Below are positions 37,755 through 52,712 of a stretch of DNA of 64,000 bases, one piece after another. The DNA is from Parasitella parasitica NRRL 2501 (taxonomy: Eukaryota; Fungi; Mucoromycota): the NCBI GenBank assembly GCA_025201805.1, contig MU619367.1, positions 26,119 through 90,118 on the forward strand, given 5' to 3'. The notes below the pieces were generated by a model that searched no databases, was not told the origin of the DNA, and saw nothing but the letters and a program-made list of their open reading frames with translations. Numbering within the stretch: position 1 is the first letter of the stretch; every line of letters begins with the position of its first letter. The translations under genes and the position numbers were made by a program.

Positions 37755-38578
37755 CTGTTTTGTTTGTTTATTTGTATTTCTTTTTGTCTATTACTGCCAA
37801 GTAATAAAAGAGGAGCAAAAGAGAGAAAGGTATGAACTTGGCGCATACAACCCCTTTTTCTTTAAATAGTATTGGACTGCCATTGATCAGGTGGATGTTT
37901 CGTCAGCCATGCCATCCTTGCCTGACTTGGTTGCAAAAGACTTTTTTAATGGAGCATTTTTGAAATAATCTGGTAGTATATCAGAGTAGCAGTTTGTTTT
38001 ATGTATTTTGTAATTGACTACATTGCCATCGCGTGTTGGGAATTTTACCTACAATGATAATTTCGGCTCATGTCTGTAGTCAATGATGATCTAATCATGC
38101 AGGCATTCATTTAATCTTAGTCCTTTAACACGTGGCATCAGTGCTTTATGCTATTCCGTCAGGCTGACCAAGCCATAAACACTTTGAATTTGTTCATACC
38201 GTATCGCTAAACACATCCAAAATCAAAAATAATCCTAATACAGAAACATTTCCAAGCACGGCGACTTCGTAAGTATACGGTGGGTAGCTCACGTTAATAA
38301 CGGTCTGACATCCAGGTTCAAATCCTTCTTTCTCATTATGAAAGCTCATAGTATTAAGATGAAATCTTGGAGCTGTTGATTCATGCAATTTTTGAGTGGA
38401 ATTTTAGGCATCAAGGAAATATCTATAATTAGTGGTATCACAAGTGTACAGATTTGTAGAAAACATTTCAAATCAAGTGCCGTCATGTTGAGCATTATAA
38501 AAATCATATTATAACTTTTAATAAAATCAAATGCAATGTCAGTCTTGGCTAGTATTTACGTCAAGAACGTTCTAAAGG

Positions 38579-39287
38579 GTGAAATATATTCACTATAATG
38601 ATCTGCATTCCACTTCAAGATTCATCCATTTACTTTAAATTGATTCGGACTTGATAAGATGTACAAAGCAGATTTATACTATACCGTAGACTAGATATGG
38701 CACCATTAGAATATATTGATGACGCTATAGACTTATACTTATATCTCGACACAAGCCTTAGACATTTACAAGATTAAGTATATGCTACGAGCCTATGCCA
38801 TATAAGATCTATGCTTCAGATACGTATTCCCAGTTTCCAGATACGCAGACATATGCTTATATCCATGATACTGTCTACAGATATATTATGTACTACAGAC
38901 TTGTAAAATATGTGCAATGCTGTATATACGCTCATGACATGCTATATAGACATGCTCTATATATCGATATATGCCAAGATGAATGCTAAGTGATATACAC
39001 TCAGACATCTAAATAAGACTATCATATTAGAAATGATATACGCTTATGGATCGATATTAATAATCTTCGTATGGAAGATTGATCAGGTTCCTCGGGTGAA
39101 GCCTGTATGCTTACTCAGATAGATCCAAGTTATTTTTAGTCTGCTGAGATGTCGTTTAGCACGAAATTGAAGATGCTAATTAATCAATTCTCATAAACGT
39201 TGAATTATGAAAGTAGAACATTTATCCATAGATTGAATGTATAAAGGTTTATAAACCTGTTGATTTGATAATAAAACCTATATCTTT
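38579..39287 (-). repeat. Dispersed repeat copy B (inverted relative to 4231-5011)
   Basis: Reverse-complement alignment by eye. Confidence 0.9.
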
Positions 39288-39501
39288 ATCAAGTTGCCAT
39301 TTATTGTTTTGGGATTTCATGGCGCAATCCTACTAATTCCAAGTGCTTTAGCTCGATTCTGTCAACTACAAACGGTAATAGCCATAATATGCTGATATAT
39401 ACTGATTACAGTCGCTCATAGATGATTCAAATTTGTATCGTTCTTTTTTTTTTTTTTTTTCTATCAGATTAGCAAAATTGCAAGTTCGCATTTTGCTGTT
39501 A

Positions 39502-39918
39502 TTATTTTCCAAATAGTTTCGATAAAGCACTTCTTTGGCCATCTTTGTTTGCCTCTAAGGAAGAGACCAGTTTTGAGTAATAATTGGGATTTCCTGCTGG
39601 TGTAAGGATTTTGTCTGATATAGGATACTGGCAGAATGGTCTTTAAAATGGAATACAATGTTAACAAAAAACAAAAAAAAAGTGTACCTTTTCTTTGAAT
39701 GTATTGTCTAATAAAGTCTCTAAAGCATCGAGTTCTTTATGAGCTTTTTCCATGTTTATTTTTTCTATGCCAGGTGTTCTGAATGTTTCTTCTACTCTTT
39801 TTGCTAAAATTTGCTTCATTCCTCGGTTGGGCCTGATTTTATCTTCTGGCCATTCTCTTACAATACGTAAATATGATCTGTAAAGTGAATGAATCTCTTG
39901 ACGCGTGGGTGCAGACAT
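39502..39918 (-). CDS. CBP6: Complex III assembly factor 2 (UQCC2/Cbp6-like)
   Basis: YLRIVREWPEDKIRP..LETLLDNTFKEK|YPISDKILTPAGNPNYY. Confidence 0.8.
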
Positions 39919-40282
39919 TGTATGTATATTAATCTCGTTTTATCTCTGTGTAAAGAGAATGGAAAAAACCAACATTGTCTTTTCAAAAAAAAAGTTGAAA
40001 TAAGCGGAGTTGTGCCATCAATGTTGGATATTTACTTGTTTTGCTCATTATTAATCGAATTGCTTGTCATTCATGTACACGAAAATCGATGTCAATCAAG
40101 ATTGAAATCAGCAATGAAGTTGATTCATCTGGCTATTAAAATTCCCTATTACCCCCAAAAGAACCAAAATACTGGAAAATCAACTCGAATGAAAAGAATC
40201 TGTGAATTCACAATTGCATTAATAGAGAACATATATTTCACTTTTTCTCTTTAATTTATTTTTAAGGATTATTTGAATATAG

Positions 40283-40821
40283 TTAGTTTCTAGCTTTGAC
40301 AATCGGCTCCCAAGCATGTAGCTTGGAAACGGTGGTACTGTAAGTCTTGAATGCCTTGGGAGTACCAGAGAAATTGGGAATGGGCTCGCCCCACCACTTC
40401 TTGGGTTGAATGTTCATTTCGGTGGGTGGTTCTTGAGTAATACGACTCAACCACATATGCCTACGTATGGAGTCAATACGTTGTTAAAATTATCCTTTCT
40501 AGTATAAATCTACAAGTAATCATTACCAATCAGGAGCAATATCTTCACTATCAGGTTGATTGCTAGCATATTCGACCCAACGCTCACGACCTAAATGATG
40601 ACATGATGTTGAATAAGATTATAACTGACCATCCCACCACGAACATTGCGTTTTTTTTCTATACCTGAAACTTCGTCGAGATTTTCGAAATATTTATTGC
40701 CGTTGGCATCGGTACCAACAAGGCGACCCCACTTGGTATCGCAAATATTGTCGAGTTGCTTCATATAACTAGCTGGTCCAACTTTCATAAAATTTTTAAT
40801 TGTACGCCCAAGTGTCGACAT
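40283..40821 (-). CDS. NDUFA12: Complex I subunit NDUFA12
   Basis: LVGTDANGNKYFEN, RERWVEY, WHMWL, PNFSGTPKAFKTYST..W. Confidence 0.92.
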
Positions 40822-41010
40822 GTTTTATGAAATATATGTAAACGATGAGAGGGGAAAGAGTAGGGAGAGTTTGTATTAAAAGAAAAATGGTTAACACAAA
40901 AAAAAAAAAAAAATGGTGTGTACTGGCTAATTCAACGTTGGCAATTAAGAGCTCACTCACAATTCAGTTTGGTAGTGCTGATTTGATGGCTTGCCGCCCT
41001 GGTACTTACT

Positions 41011-41024
41011 TGACGTCGACGTCA
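41011..41024. promoter_or_regulatory. 14-bp palindrome TGACGTCGACGTCA (CRE/bZIP-like) upstream of NDUFA12
   Basis: Perfect palindrome with two TGACG half-sites ~190 bp upstream of the ATG. Confidence 0.35.
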
Positions 41025-41278
41025 CTTGCGAAGCTCTCTCCACAAGATTGATACCGTACTTCGGGGCCAACATTGCTTCATTTATAATTTACAGTATTGA
41101 TCGCCAAAAAGCGAACTAGATCTTTCTCTCCTACTTATAGCTCTTATGATATCTATTGAAGAATCCCAACTATAACTTAACAGAGGTTGATAAATAAGAT
41201 TTGTTTGGAAAAATCTAGAATCAAAACGTACATTAGTACGAGCAAGCTAGCAGTTTATTTACTGAATATTTATAAAAA

Positions 41279-42837
41279 CTACAAAGAATCCATTGCAGTA
41301 TTGAAATAACGTGCACGGTAATCATCACTGTTGTTAATTGTTAGTTCGATATTGATTTAGAGAAATTATTGACATTTACCTGCAAGTTAAAATTCCATTG
41401 TCAATGGGCGATGCCGCGACACAGCGAACGAGATTATTATGACCTGGGATCCTCTTTAGCAAGGTACCGGTTTGAGTATCATAGCAAATGACATCTGTAG
41501 AGGCTTCGTCACCAATCATGATGAAATCCTCATTGTGCGAAAATGCAGGCTGTAACATTTGTGCTCTTTGTTCATGGCCCTTGTATTCCATCAAAACTTT
41601 TCCACTCGAGATATCCCAAAGACGAATTGTTGAGTCCAAACCTGAGGTCATTATGTATTGCTCATTGCTTGTAATGCGAACACTAGAGACAGCAGTACCG
41701 CCATGAGCATCCAATGTTCGGATGCATTTTGAAGATACGCTGTCCCAAATACGCACAGTTCCATCCAGCGAGGAAGTAGCAAATATTTTACCCGTGTTGG
41801 AATAGCGGATTTGTGTAATGGATCCACGATGCATATCAGCATTACTGGCGTTGGTATAACATTGAAGTGTTTTCACATCGTAAACTCGAACAGCTGCATC
41901 CTTGGTTCCTGCTAATAAAAAGTCGCCTGATGGATGAAAACAAATTGAGTTGACAGGTTGGGCATCCTATATTGAGAGTTTATATACATAAATATATACT
42001 TTTTTTTCCTTTCTCTGACAGATATAAAAAAGTTACCTGCAAGTATCTAAAAGCTCTTTTTACACCAGTTTTCGACAGGTCGAATAATTTAATGCTTTGG
42101 TCGTTAGAACAACTAGCAAGTACGAGGCCATTAGGATGGAAACTAAGGTCATTGACCTGTTCTGTATGATCGTATAAGGTTCTAATCACTGGTTTATCTC
42201 CTGCATCCCCTGTCCTTTTCTTCATTTTATTGACATCGAGCAGCTTTAGCGAAGAATCGTGCGATCCAGTAGCCGCAAAACGCCCATCCGAACTGAAAAT
42301 AGCTGTGCGGCAAGGGCCTTTATGTTGTGTGTAATATAACTGATTGTACTCTGGCGCTGTTTTAGGTTCTAACGGTAAAACTCGTTAGTACTTTCAAGTA
42401 AACGACTTGATGGGATACATTACGAGCATTTTTCATTGAATCGACATCAAATCCAGGTGTGCTCATGGTTATATCCACGTTCTCGTTTTTAGGCGACTCA
42501 CGATCGAAACTTTTACCAGAATAATCATCGTCTGAATCTTCCTCTTCGTCTAAATGTCCAACATGGTTAATAAACTCGAAATGTTGCAAGCTTACAAGCA
42601 TCGTATTACTCTTTTCTTTGGCTATTTGTATTAATTCTGATAATTTTGCACTTGGCATCATATCAGTAGCAGCACCTGTCGCGTCAGCCACACTTTGCGC
42701 AACAGCGGAATAGCCGTATGCGATGAGTTGACTAAACAAAAAGTTGGTTTCTTGGCTAGATTGATACTCAATCTTTGCAATTATTACCTGATAATCAGAG
42801 GCAATACCTCCTCTTCTGTCACTTCTCTCGAATTCAT
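41279..42837 (-). CDS. CSTF1: Cleavage stimulation factor 50 kDa subunit (WD40)
   Basis: LIISQL dimerisation domain; TQHKGPCR, PVIRTLYDH, KRAFR, SDDYRAR. Confidence 0.9.
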
Positions 42838-43085
42838 TATTCTATAAGGTATTAAAATATATTAAAAAGCGTCTAAAAAAAAGAAAAAAAAAAAAAGAAA
42901 AGAAGACAGAGGATCTCCAGATGGCAAGTTTACAAGTGTTGATAGCTGTGACCAGCCTTTTTATCAATGTCTGAGATTTCTATGAAACAACTAATGCAAT
43001 TTAAAAAAGTATATAAAGAGAGGGGTGGGGGAGAGGATGGCTGTAAATAGTGAAGAGATATCTTCTTGTGCTCTTTCAGGGTGAT

Positions 43086-44352
43086 TTATTGTGCAACATT
43101 AGGATTGGTGGTATTTCTTATCATCTTCGATAAATCGTATTGACGCATTTTCCCAAGAAGAGATCTGCCCTTTTTAAAGTCATCATAGCTTCTAATTACT
43201 CGGGATTGAGGCCCTACAGCTGGTTGAGTGATGAATTTCCAATGTACCAAAACCCATGAAGTATGATATGATAGTTTGTTGTAGTATTCACTGGCTAAAG
43301 AACGGAGAGCGGGAAGATTAGACCAAGGAATCTGATAGAAAAAAAACAAGTTAAAACTACTATTAAAAAAAAAAAGAAACTTAAAACACAACCTTTTGGA
43401 AATCGTGATGTTCATTGTGGTAACCAATATTCATAAAGGGTATGTTCAAGATACCATAGTAAGAATATGTTTCTTGGCCATCGTCAAAGGTATAATGTTC
43501 TTGAACGAAATGAGCGGCTCCAGGATGGAGAGAGTAGCCAAACCAAAGAGACATAAGCAAGTAAAACAGGCCTGTCCAACCACAGTAATACTGAATAATA
43601 GTATCCATGCACACGGTGAAAACAACATTGATAATTTCCCATTTTGAAGGTGTCAAGTTTCTGTCCTTTTGCATGACAGCCCCGCGTACAACATACATAA
43701 TAGGATAGATCATGATCCATAAAAATTTGCATAAAGCATTGCCACGGATCAACGTCTTTTCCCATTCCAGTGGTAAATCCGGATCCATGCCCTCGACGCC
43801 TTGCCATGTGTGATGCTCAATATGATAACGACGAAACGATTGTGCAATTGGTACTGGTAGGGAGACATTGGCTAATAAACCGACATATCTGTTCACCCAT
43901 TTTTGCTTGAAAACCAAGCAATGACAAGCTTCATGAATGATAACGCCGATCATGCTTGTAAGTGTACCACCGATGAAATAAGTTACCAAGCAAAAAACAT
44001 ACCATGGAGGTGACCACACTTTACCAAAGACATAGGCTATCCCCAACTGAGCAACTGTGATAGCAATTGTCACGTATAACGTACGGATATCTGTCCCGTA
44101 TAACTTTTCGACTTCAGGGTACTGTCTCAGAATAGTGTGCTTGCGCTTCAAGTGAGGCTCATCCATGTCATCACGAGCAAAGTCCTCATCAACATAAGGA
44201 ATAGATCTTTTCCAATGACCGACAAACAGAGGGTGTCTTGAATCTGGATGTTTGTCCTCTGGCTCTTCATGATTTTCATCGTCTATCTTGACGGGTCTTG
44301 CTCTGAGAGTACTTGTCTTTTCTTCTTCTGCGTCGCTTGTAAAAGGTGGCAT
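43086..44352 (-). CDS. DES1: Sphingolipid delta(4)-desaturase
   Basis: DEPHLKRK..IL, His boxes HEACH / HIEHH / HNEHH, HPGAAHF. Confidence 0.93.
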
Positions 44353-44758
44353 TATTGTTTCGTAGAAAAGAAAGAGGGAGGAGGAAAAGAAGAAAGAAAA
44401 GAAAGAAAAAGAGATGTTCAACTAAACAATTAAGGGACAACAAAATAGCAATTTGGAGGACCAATTAAGCTTTGCTAAAGTGGTTTTCGTCCAATAGCAC
44501 CAAAACCTAATTTGATGCCAAGGTTACTCAGGGAGTACAAAAATTTAGCTTGATATGGTGGATCAAGAAATGTACTTTTCTCTGTAGTCTTTTCTCTGTC
44601 ATTTTTGTTCGCCGAATCATGGAATGAAACCATTTCAAGCAGACTAATTCTCTGACCTTACTAGTTTTCTCGAGTCTAGATATATGCGCAACACAAAAAA
44701 AATGCTGTCTTACAATCAAGCATTTATTAAGTGTATGTAGTTTAATATTATCGTCTAT

Positions 44759-47700
44759 TCATTCGTCCTCTTGTAGACTTCTAAGCATATCTTCCGCTGA
44801 AATAAGTGGCATGTGCCCAGAGGATGCTGTGGATGAGATACTGTTTGAACGATATGATCGTCTCATTTCCATCTTGTTCGCAAGGGATTGAGCGTTTCTC
44901 AAGCGCTTCAATCGTTGGCGAACTCGAAGTTGTCTAGACTTATTCTCTGTTTCACCAGATCTTAATTTCTCGAGCAAATCATCCATTAATCGTCGATCAT
45001 TGTCACCTGAAATCGATTCAGAATCTTGACTGCAATTAATGTCGCTGTCCATCATTTTGAGCGTTTTCATTCGCTTCTCTTCCATCTGTTGTCGTCGCTT
45101 CTCGGCAAGTTCTTGTTGACGAGTATAACTGGATTCTTCAATAGCGGATATCTTCCAGCTCGTAATAAACCGAGCAAAGATGTTGAAAAACTCGTCTGGT
45201 CGTTTATTTCGTGGATTTTCTCCATAATATACCATTGTATCTTTCCATTTAGCGTCCATATTGACATATAACGCCTCTAATTCTTCAAACCTGCCAATCG
45301 CTGATGTTTGGAACTCTTCCATTACAGAGTAAAATCGATCATGCTTATCATCTCTCCAGTGGGATTTCAATTCAGCGTTCAAATGCTTTAACCCTTGGCG
45401 CATATCTGCATACTGTTGGACAATATCCGCAATACTCGCCATCACTATACAAGTAGTTTTTCGTTAATATAGCATTGGTGTATAAACAAATATAGAGGTT
45501 TTACCCCGTGCAGCTTCCGTCACATCCTGTAGATCGTTTGTAAAGTTTAGAATTTGAGGGAATTCCCTCCTTATAATGCCAACGAGAACATGTAGCAGAG
45601 TCAATGGAGAAGAATTTGATGCTTTCGTATCTACCAACTAACAAGATCGCGTAAATATCAGTTTTAAATTCATACTTTTTGATAAGTTACCCTATTGATG
45701 CTTTCAATTCTCATGCCAAAAGCCCCACCTTGAATACCCGACGCATTCATGTAGTTGCCTAGGAGCAGGATGACATGCAGTAAATCTCTAAATGACTCCG
45801 AATTCCGTAATGCATCAGATGCAGATAGAACCACCGATAAGCTCTGCTTCAGCTGTTCAAATTTGTCCCAGTATTGAGTCTTAATTAGCATGAATTTGAG
45901 TCTTGACTCGTATCGGTATATCCGCATCATCTCAACTGTAAATTGCTCAGGTTGATCAAGCTTAAGGCAATCGACTGCAGGGCCATTCATGTATTTCTGC
46001 ATTGTATCAAGATCGTCGTCTCGACTTGGTGCGTACGTGATGAGGTTAATCAAAAAGATTTCGTCGCACAACTTGTCATCCATGGCTAGAATATGCTGTG
46101 CAACTTCTTTGTAGGAATCGAAATGTTTAATTTTTGGCATGATGGCAATGTCTTGAAAAAAAAAGAAAAAAAAAAACATAATAAATTATCACTGTTTTCT
46201 TGAGATGATTCTGATCTACTTACTAATATTTTTGCTCTTTTCCTTGCCCAAAAACCGAACAGAGCCATTATTTTCGGTTGTGCGTTGCTTGATGCGTTTA
46301 TTCTCAAGGAAAGTATTGATTTTTGCAGGGAATAGCTCTTCAAGTTTACCAAAAGCGCCCCTTTCATTTAATATCTCTTCTATAGTGTCTTGATGTTGAT
46401 CTTCCACATGCCAAACAGTTTTTTCGGCTGATTTAATGTCTAATTTTTGCCATTGCAGATTCTTGAGCTTGACCTGCGGGTAATGATGCAACTCCTTGCG
46501 TGCAGCTGTTTTGAAGTTGTTTGATGTTGGCACCAGTAATGTCTCTTTTATGAGTTGTGCTGGCGGAGGCGGGGGAGGCGGAGGCGGAGGTGGAGGTGGG
46601 ATAGTTAAAGGTGATTTACTGATGGAAACAGATGGTAATTTGCGGTGCATTGATTTTAAAGGTGGGGGTGGAGGTGGAGGTGGCGGCGGAGGTGGCGGAA
46701 CAAAACCTGGTTTCTCAGTAGTGGGTATATTGCCTGACTCTGGTAATGCTAGTGATGGCGGAGAAGGTGGTGATTCCATTCCGATAACATCACTGTCAGT
46801 ACTTGGCGGGAAATTTAAAGAATTTTGACTTGATGAAGATGTATGGTCTACATGTAAAGCATGAGTTGAAGTAATTTGCTACGACAATAATCGATTTTAC
46901 CATGTGGAGAGTGTGCATGCTGGCCGCTTACTGATCGCTGTTTCTTATGTCGACTTTTAAATGGCCATAAGAACCCAAACGTTCCTGATTTTTGCACTTC
47001 GGGAAATGTTTGAGGAAGGTGTTGCCAGTTGCTTCTAACCAAATGCTATATAGTTCAATGTAAAAGTTAGTTCAATCTACTCGTCTGTTTTTTTTTATTA
47101 TTATTATTATTATTATAAACATTACTCGCTCATCTAAAGATCTTCTTTCAGGATATGTGTTTTTCTTCTCAAGTAAGATTTCTGTAGCAGCATCAGAGGG
47201 AATAGAGTTTGCGTTTATATGCTGCTGCAGCATTGCAATTGTCTCTTTGGATTTCTTCAGCAAATCTCTCAGCGAGTTGTTTTCTTCAATCAAACTTTCA
47301 TTCCTGTTGGAAATGTCTTGCTGCTCTATCTGTGAAGGCAAGATACGCAGCTTTTGCACCTCGTTTTGTAGTGCATCTCTTTCTGCAGCCAATTTTTCAT
47401 ATTGCTTCTTGAGATCATTTGCTTCTATTTCGATCCCCTTTAAGCGGCTTAGATCATTGAAGTTCTGTATAACGGTGCCTACGGCCATGCCAAATGTTGA
47501 TGAGAAATCGTCGAATGTATCATGCTGCCTTCGATTTGTAACAATTTTTTCGATAATTATACTGATCATTCTGAACAACTGACATCTGCAAAATCGCATA
47601 AATCAATTTTTGGACAGAGAAAATAAGAAGAAAAAAAAAATACTTACTTTGTATCTACGTCCCCTTTTATCCAAGATAGATGCTTTAGAACTGATAAAAG

Positions 47701-49570
47701 ATACTCTGTGCCACGTCGAGAGTCTGATATATTCTCTGCAATTAGGTCTAATAGCTCTGACGGTTCTTTCGGTTCGTCGAACTCGACCAACTCACTACCA
47801 AATTCATCTTCCATGTCATTTTCTGCTGCCTCTTTGTAAGATTCAATTTGTATGTTGAGTAAATTGTAATTGAAAGCTTCTAATTTCGGCAATAGTGATG
47901 TCTGAACGCCAGCAGCATCAAACTGATTTCGCATGTAAATCCTATCATATACGTCCGAGGGAATGCTGGTCAGTGCATTGACCAAGATCATGTTGGAAAG
48001 CTAGTATATATAAGTTGATTTATCACTAAACTGATTATATATATATATATATATATATGCACTTACAGCGTATTCCATTAGGTGGCTCTCAGCCAACTTT
48101 TCATTGCTAAGGTATTTATCGTATACAAGTGTCCTTAGCAATACTTTGATCCAAGCATCGTACAAGCCAAGTGTTTTCTTGTATCTTTTCAGTAATTCGA
48201 ACCCGCGAACTACATGTTCATAACCATGAAGGTAGCATAAAAATGCCAGCAATTCACAAACCATTTTCCTTGTTTGCCATTGAGGGCATATAATCGAGAA
48301 AACAACAGCGTGTATGTATTCAGGATGATCCATTACTTCTTTCCCTCCTGCTTTGGTATTTACGATCGCTTTTATGCATTTGATGATTTCTGATTCCAGC
48401 TCCAGCGCAATATCTCGCCTATCCTCGCTATTGTGGTTCAAGTATCCGAGAGCATACGACAGAACATGAAATCCTTTTAGATGAATAAACTTGACAACCC
48501 AGCTATAGTAGCATCCAGAGAATAAGTAAAACAGTATAACCTCTGTGCATAAATCGCCATCTTACTCTATTGATCTGGTTCTTAGACTCACTTCAAGGCT
48601 TGCTGCAATTTTGGGTGTTACGGAACGTAAATTGGGATCGAGGAACTTTCGAACAAAGAACTCTTGAGAGTACTGGTCTACTGCATTGGCATCGTAATAA
48701 TGATCGTTTTTGCCGCTTGGTGTTGTTGGAGATACATGCATGCTTTTAGATCTACTTATGACAGGCGAGTTGTTGTGTGCCGAGCTGTTTTTTATCGAGC
48801 TTTTGTTATGGGCGGTATTCGCAACATTTGTACTGATAGGGTGAAGGGCGCTGGTATGACTCTTGGAAGAGATAGGTGCAGCTGATTTATGTACAGGCGT
48901 TGATATTGATTTTGTAGGTGCGGGGTCATCGACAGTTGGTTTTGTTTGTCGCAAGGCCGATTTACTTTGTGAACTCCTGGTGCTATGATTTACCTGTGAG
49001 CTGGGAAGTCGACTAATATCTATGCTTGCTCTTTCAGCTGCAGCTTCATAAAGTCTGCTGTGTCTGATGCCAGATGCCAAAAGCTCGGCTTGATGATCTT
49101 GATTGATCATGAGCCATTTCTTTTCCACTTGCCAGTTTTCCATGTTTTGTTTGATGTTGGGATCATGAATGCCTCGACGTTCCTAAAGCATCCATTAGGT
49201 GCCTTACTTTTATTGTGGATATATAATGGTATATACCAGCATGTCATCAAAAAGAGCGTTAACATCCGCCTCCGATGGGAGGCCTTTGCCACGAGCAAAG
49301 TTATGTTCAGCAGAGCCAGCTTCGAATGAAGAACTCTTTGGTATGATGGATTGCTGTCGTATATTAGCTGTTGCGGTTTGTATGTGTTAATATAGCAGAG
49401 TGCGAATTTATGCGAATATTGCACATGAAGTTACCATGGCGACTGTTAGGATGCATGGTCAATGCTCTTTTGACATTTGATGATTTACCACGAAGTGTCC
49501 TTGTTGGTGGAATAGGATCATCAGAAGCTCTCTTTTTCTTTTTATTAAAACGCTCAAACAATCCTTCCAT
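44759..49570 (-). CDS. Diaphanous-related formin (GBD/FH3-FH1-FH2-DAD)
   Basis: LEVSLRT GBD, polyproline FH1, KNLQW..GNYMN..GGAFG FH2, MDDLLEKL DAD. Confidence 0.92.
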
Positions 49571-49715
49571 CGTTTCAAAATCGAGAATGAGAAGAAGAAG
49601 AAAAAAAGAAGAGAAAAATGAGAAACTGAGACAAATCACTCTTTAATCTCTCCACCTTTGAAAAAAAAAAAAAGTGGTACTTCCACAGCAAAAATTCTTT
49701 TTTTTTTTATTGCAA

Positions 49716-52712
49716 CTATAAATGGCTTTCGTAAACCCGAGTTGTCCATTTCTCTCTATCATTCATGATGAGAGCAGCTTCCAGAACATCCCATATATTC
49801 TTTGCAAATACAAATTCAATGTCTTCCTTTAGCTTCTCGGGAACATCTTGTTCGACATCTTTGCGATTGCGGAAGGGTAAAATAATTTTACGAATACCTG
49901 CACGATGAGCTGACACAACCTTTTCTTTAATGCCTCCTACAGGTAATACTTGGCCTCTTAGCGATATTTCACCAGTCATTGCGGTTGTAGGAGGGACGTG
50001 ATAGCCTGAAAATAGTGATACAAGCGAGCTGACCAAAGTTACGCCTACAATTACGAAATGGTTATATTTTCATATTTTTAAAGCGCCATTTCTTCTCACC
50101 AGCACTGGGCCCATCTTTTGGAACAGCACCGCCGGGAACATGGATATGAACATCATGCTTCTCTACAAGATTAGCGTCCTCATTTTGCACAATTTTCAAC
50201 GCAAAGGCATGCGATTTAACCCAAGTTAATGCAAGCTTTGCAGATTCTTTGATTACGTCGCCCAAAGAACCTTGTGTGAATGCAAATAGAAGCATATGAT
50301 GAGTTTTCTCGTGATGCTGAAAAAAAAAAAAAATAGGAAATACCTGTCAATTGAAGGTCTCCATGGCCGGGCATCTTGGTTGATTCAATGAATAGGATGC
50401 CACCATTACCACTGCCAGAATAAGCCAAGCCAGTAACAACGCCTGGGAGAGGCTCCCTTTCAGCAACTTCCTTCTCGAAAAAGGCCATCTAACCTCCATA
50501 TTAGTCTATCTATTTGAAAACAGAGCTCTCTGATAAACTTACGCCCAAAATTGCCTCAACATCTGACAGTGATACCTCTGGATCATATTGAGATTCGGTA
50601 TTGGCTTCTCTGAAGTTGGCCAATTCTACACATTTAGCACGAACAATGGAAGCTATCGTTCTTTCCAAACTTCGAACGCCACTTTCACGGGTATAATTTT
50701 CGGCAATTTTCAAAAAGACATCATCAGACATTTGAACTTGGTCCTTTTCAAGGCCATGAGCCAACAGCTGCTTTGGTAGTAAATGAGATTTGGCAATGTA
50801 TAGCTTCTCTTCGAATGTATATCCATTCAAAGTAATCAACTCCATTCGATCCAGTAGCGGTTCTGGGATGCTTTCCACATTATTGGCAGTGGCAATAAAC
50901 AGAACGCTTGACAAATCAAAGGGCACATTGACGAAATGGTCAGAGAAGCTATTGTTCTGCTCCGGATCCAACACCTCCAATAGAGCAGCAGCAGGATCGC
51001 CGTAATGAGATGATTGCGCAAGCTTATCAATCTCATCCAGTAGGAAGAGAGGGTTATTTACTTTGCATTTTCTCAAGCCTTGGATGATCAAGCCCGGCAT
51101 CGCTCCCACATAAGTTCTTCGATGGCCTCTATATTGCAATTCACACAAACCTTATTAGAAATCAAATATACAATGCGGGTTGCATATACCTCATTTCTGC
51201 TTCATCACGCACACCACCCAATGAAATACGATGGAACTCACGGCCAAGCGATGAGGCAATTGACTTTCCAAGTGATGTCTTTCCCACGCCCGGCTATAAT
51301 ACCGCTTAGTTGATTGATAATCGTCATTGTTTTGTGCACTTACAGGTCCAACAAAGCAAATAATAGGTGCCTTTAGATCACCTTTGATCTTGATGACGGA
51401 CAAATACTCGATAATCCTCTTTTTGACGTGGTCCAAGCCGAAATGATCGTCTTGCAGCTTTTGTTTGGCCTGCTTTATATCAATGAGATCTTCTGACTTT
51501 TTGTTCCATGGTAAATCAGCTAGAAGTTCGAGATAGTTGCGAGCAACAGCATATTCGCTGGATGCAGGCTGCAATTTCTTGAGACGTTTCAATTCTCGTT
51601 GAGCAACAGTCGATGCCTCTTCTGGTAAATCGGCCTCTTCGATTCTGTGGCCTAATTGCTCCAATTCATCTTCATCTTTCTCGCTATTGGAGCTATCACT
51701 CTCTCCAAGTTCTTTTTTAATAGCTTCCAACTAGTTCCTAGTGCATCAGTTACAAGGAACCAGACTAAATGTAATGCGGTGCATCATGTACCTGTTGACG
51801 GAGGTAAAATTCCCTTTGCTTTTTGGTCAATTTGCCTTCTACGCTGGAATGCACTTGTTCCGATATTTTGAGGACCTATGACACAATGTGTCGCTTGTGT
51901 GTGAGTATATACAAGTGGCATCAAATCATTTGCATTACATGAAGTTGGCGAGTCATCCATTCAGATGCTTTCTCCACCCTTTCTTTGAGGTTGGAAGTAG
52001 AAAGCATTGTAAGCTTCTCATCAAAAGATGTTTCGATTACAGAAACTAGCAAATCCGCTAATACTGGAGGGGGGACTGAGTCGATCAATTTGGCTAATTG
52101 CTGAATCAAGTTTTCAGGCATGCGAAGGTCCTTCATTTTAGCAAGGAACTCTCTTACAAGAGCCTTGAAACGGATAATCTCATCAGTAGCAGCTTCCAAG
52201 TCCTGTTGCTGTTCTTCATTGTCCATGTATTTCACATTGACATGCAATGTACTGCCCTCGAGTGTCGTAAAACGGTCCACTCTGAAGCGAGACACTCCTT
52301 CGACAAACATTGTAAACGCACCAAGACCAGATCGCTGAATCCTAATAATGCGTGCAGTACAGCCATAGTTGAATAAGCGGCTCTTGTCTTCAGGTTTGAT
52401 AAAGCCTTCATCTTTTAGGGTGGTGCTGGGCTTGTCGTTGCTAGGCGTAGCGCTGTTCTTGGGATCATCAGAATTCTCGTTCTGCTGCTGCTGCTGCTGC
52501 TGCTGTTCTGTTGCCGTGGTAGGGTTAGGATCTCCAGTCAATGGAATACAAGCAACGTAGGTCGGCTTGCGTTGCTCATTAGACCGCAGATGCTTTCGGG
52601 TTAGGGCAACGGCATCCCTGCCTCGCATGTTTACCTTCAACACAACAGATGGTAGCAGGACTTTGTTTTCAAGGGGAATTACAATTAGATTTTCTGATGT
52701 TGCTGCTCTCAT
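49716..52712 (-). CDS. LONP2: Peroxisomal Lon protease
   Basis: LON N domain, [43 protein letters not shown]; C-terminal PTS1-like SHL. Confidence 0.93.

Noticed and set aside
4231-39287. Giant element bounded by the inverted repeat pair
   Set aside because: Encloses housekeeping genes, the copies are diverged, and no TSD is visible
40940-41130. snRNA (U1-like TACTTAC) or other ncRNA
   Set aside because: No further U1 structure or Sm site; better explained as promoter sequence
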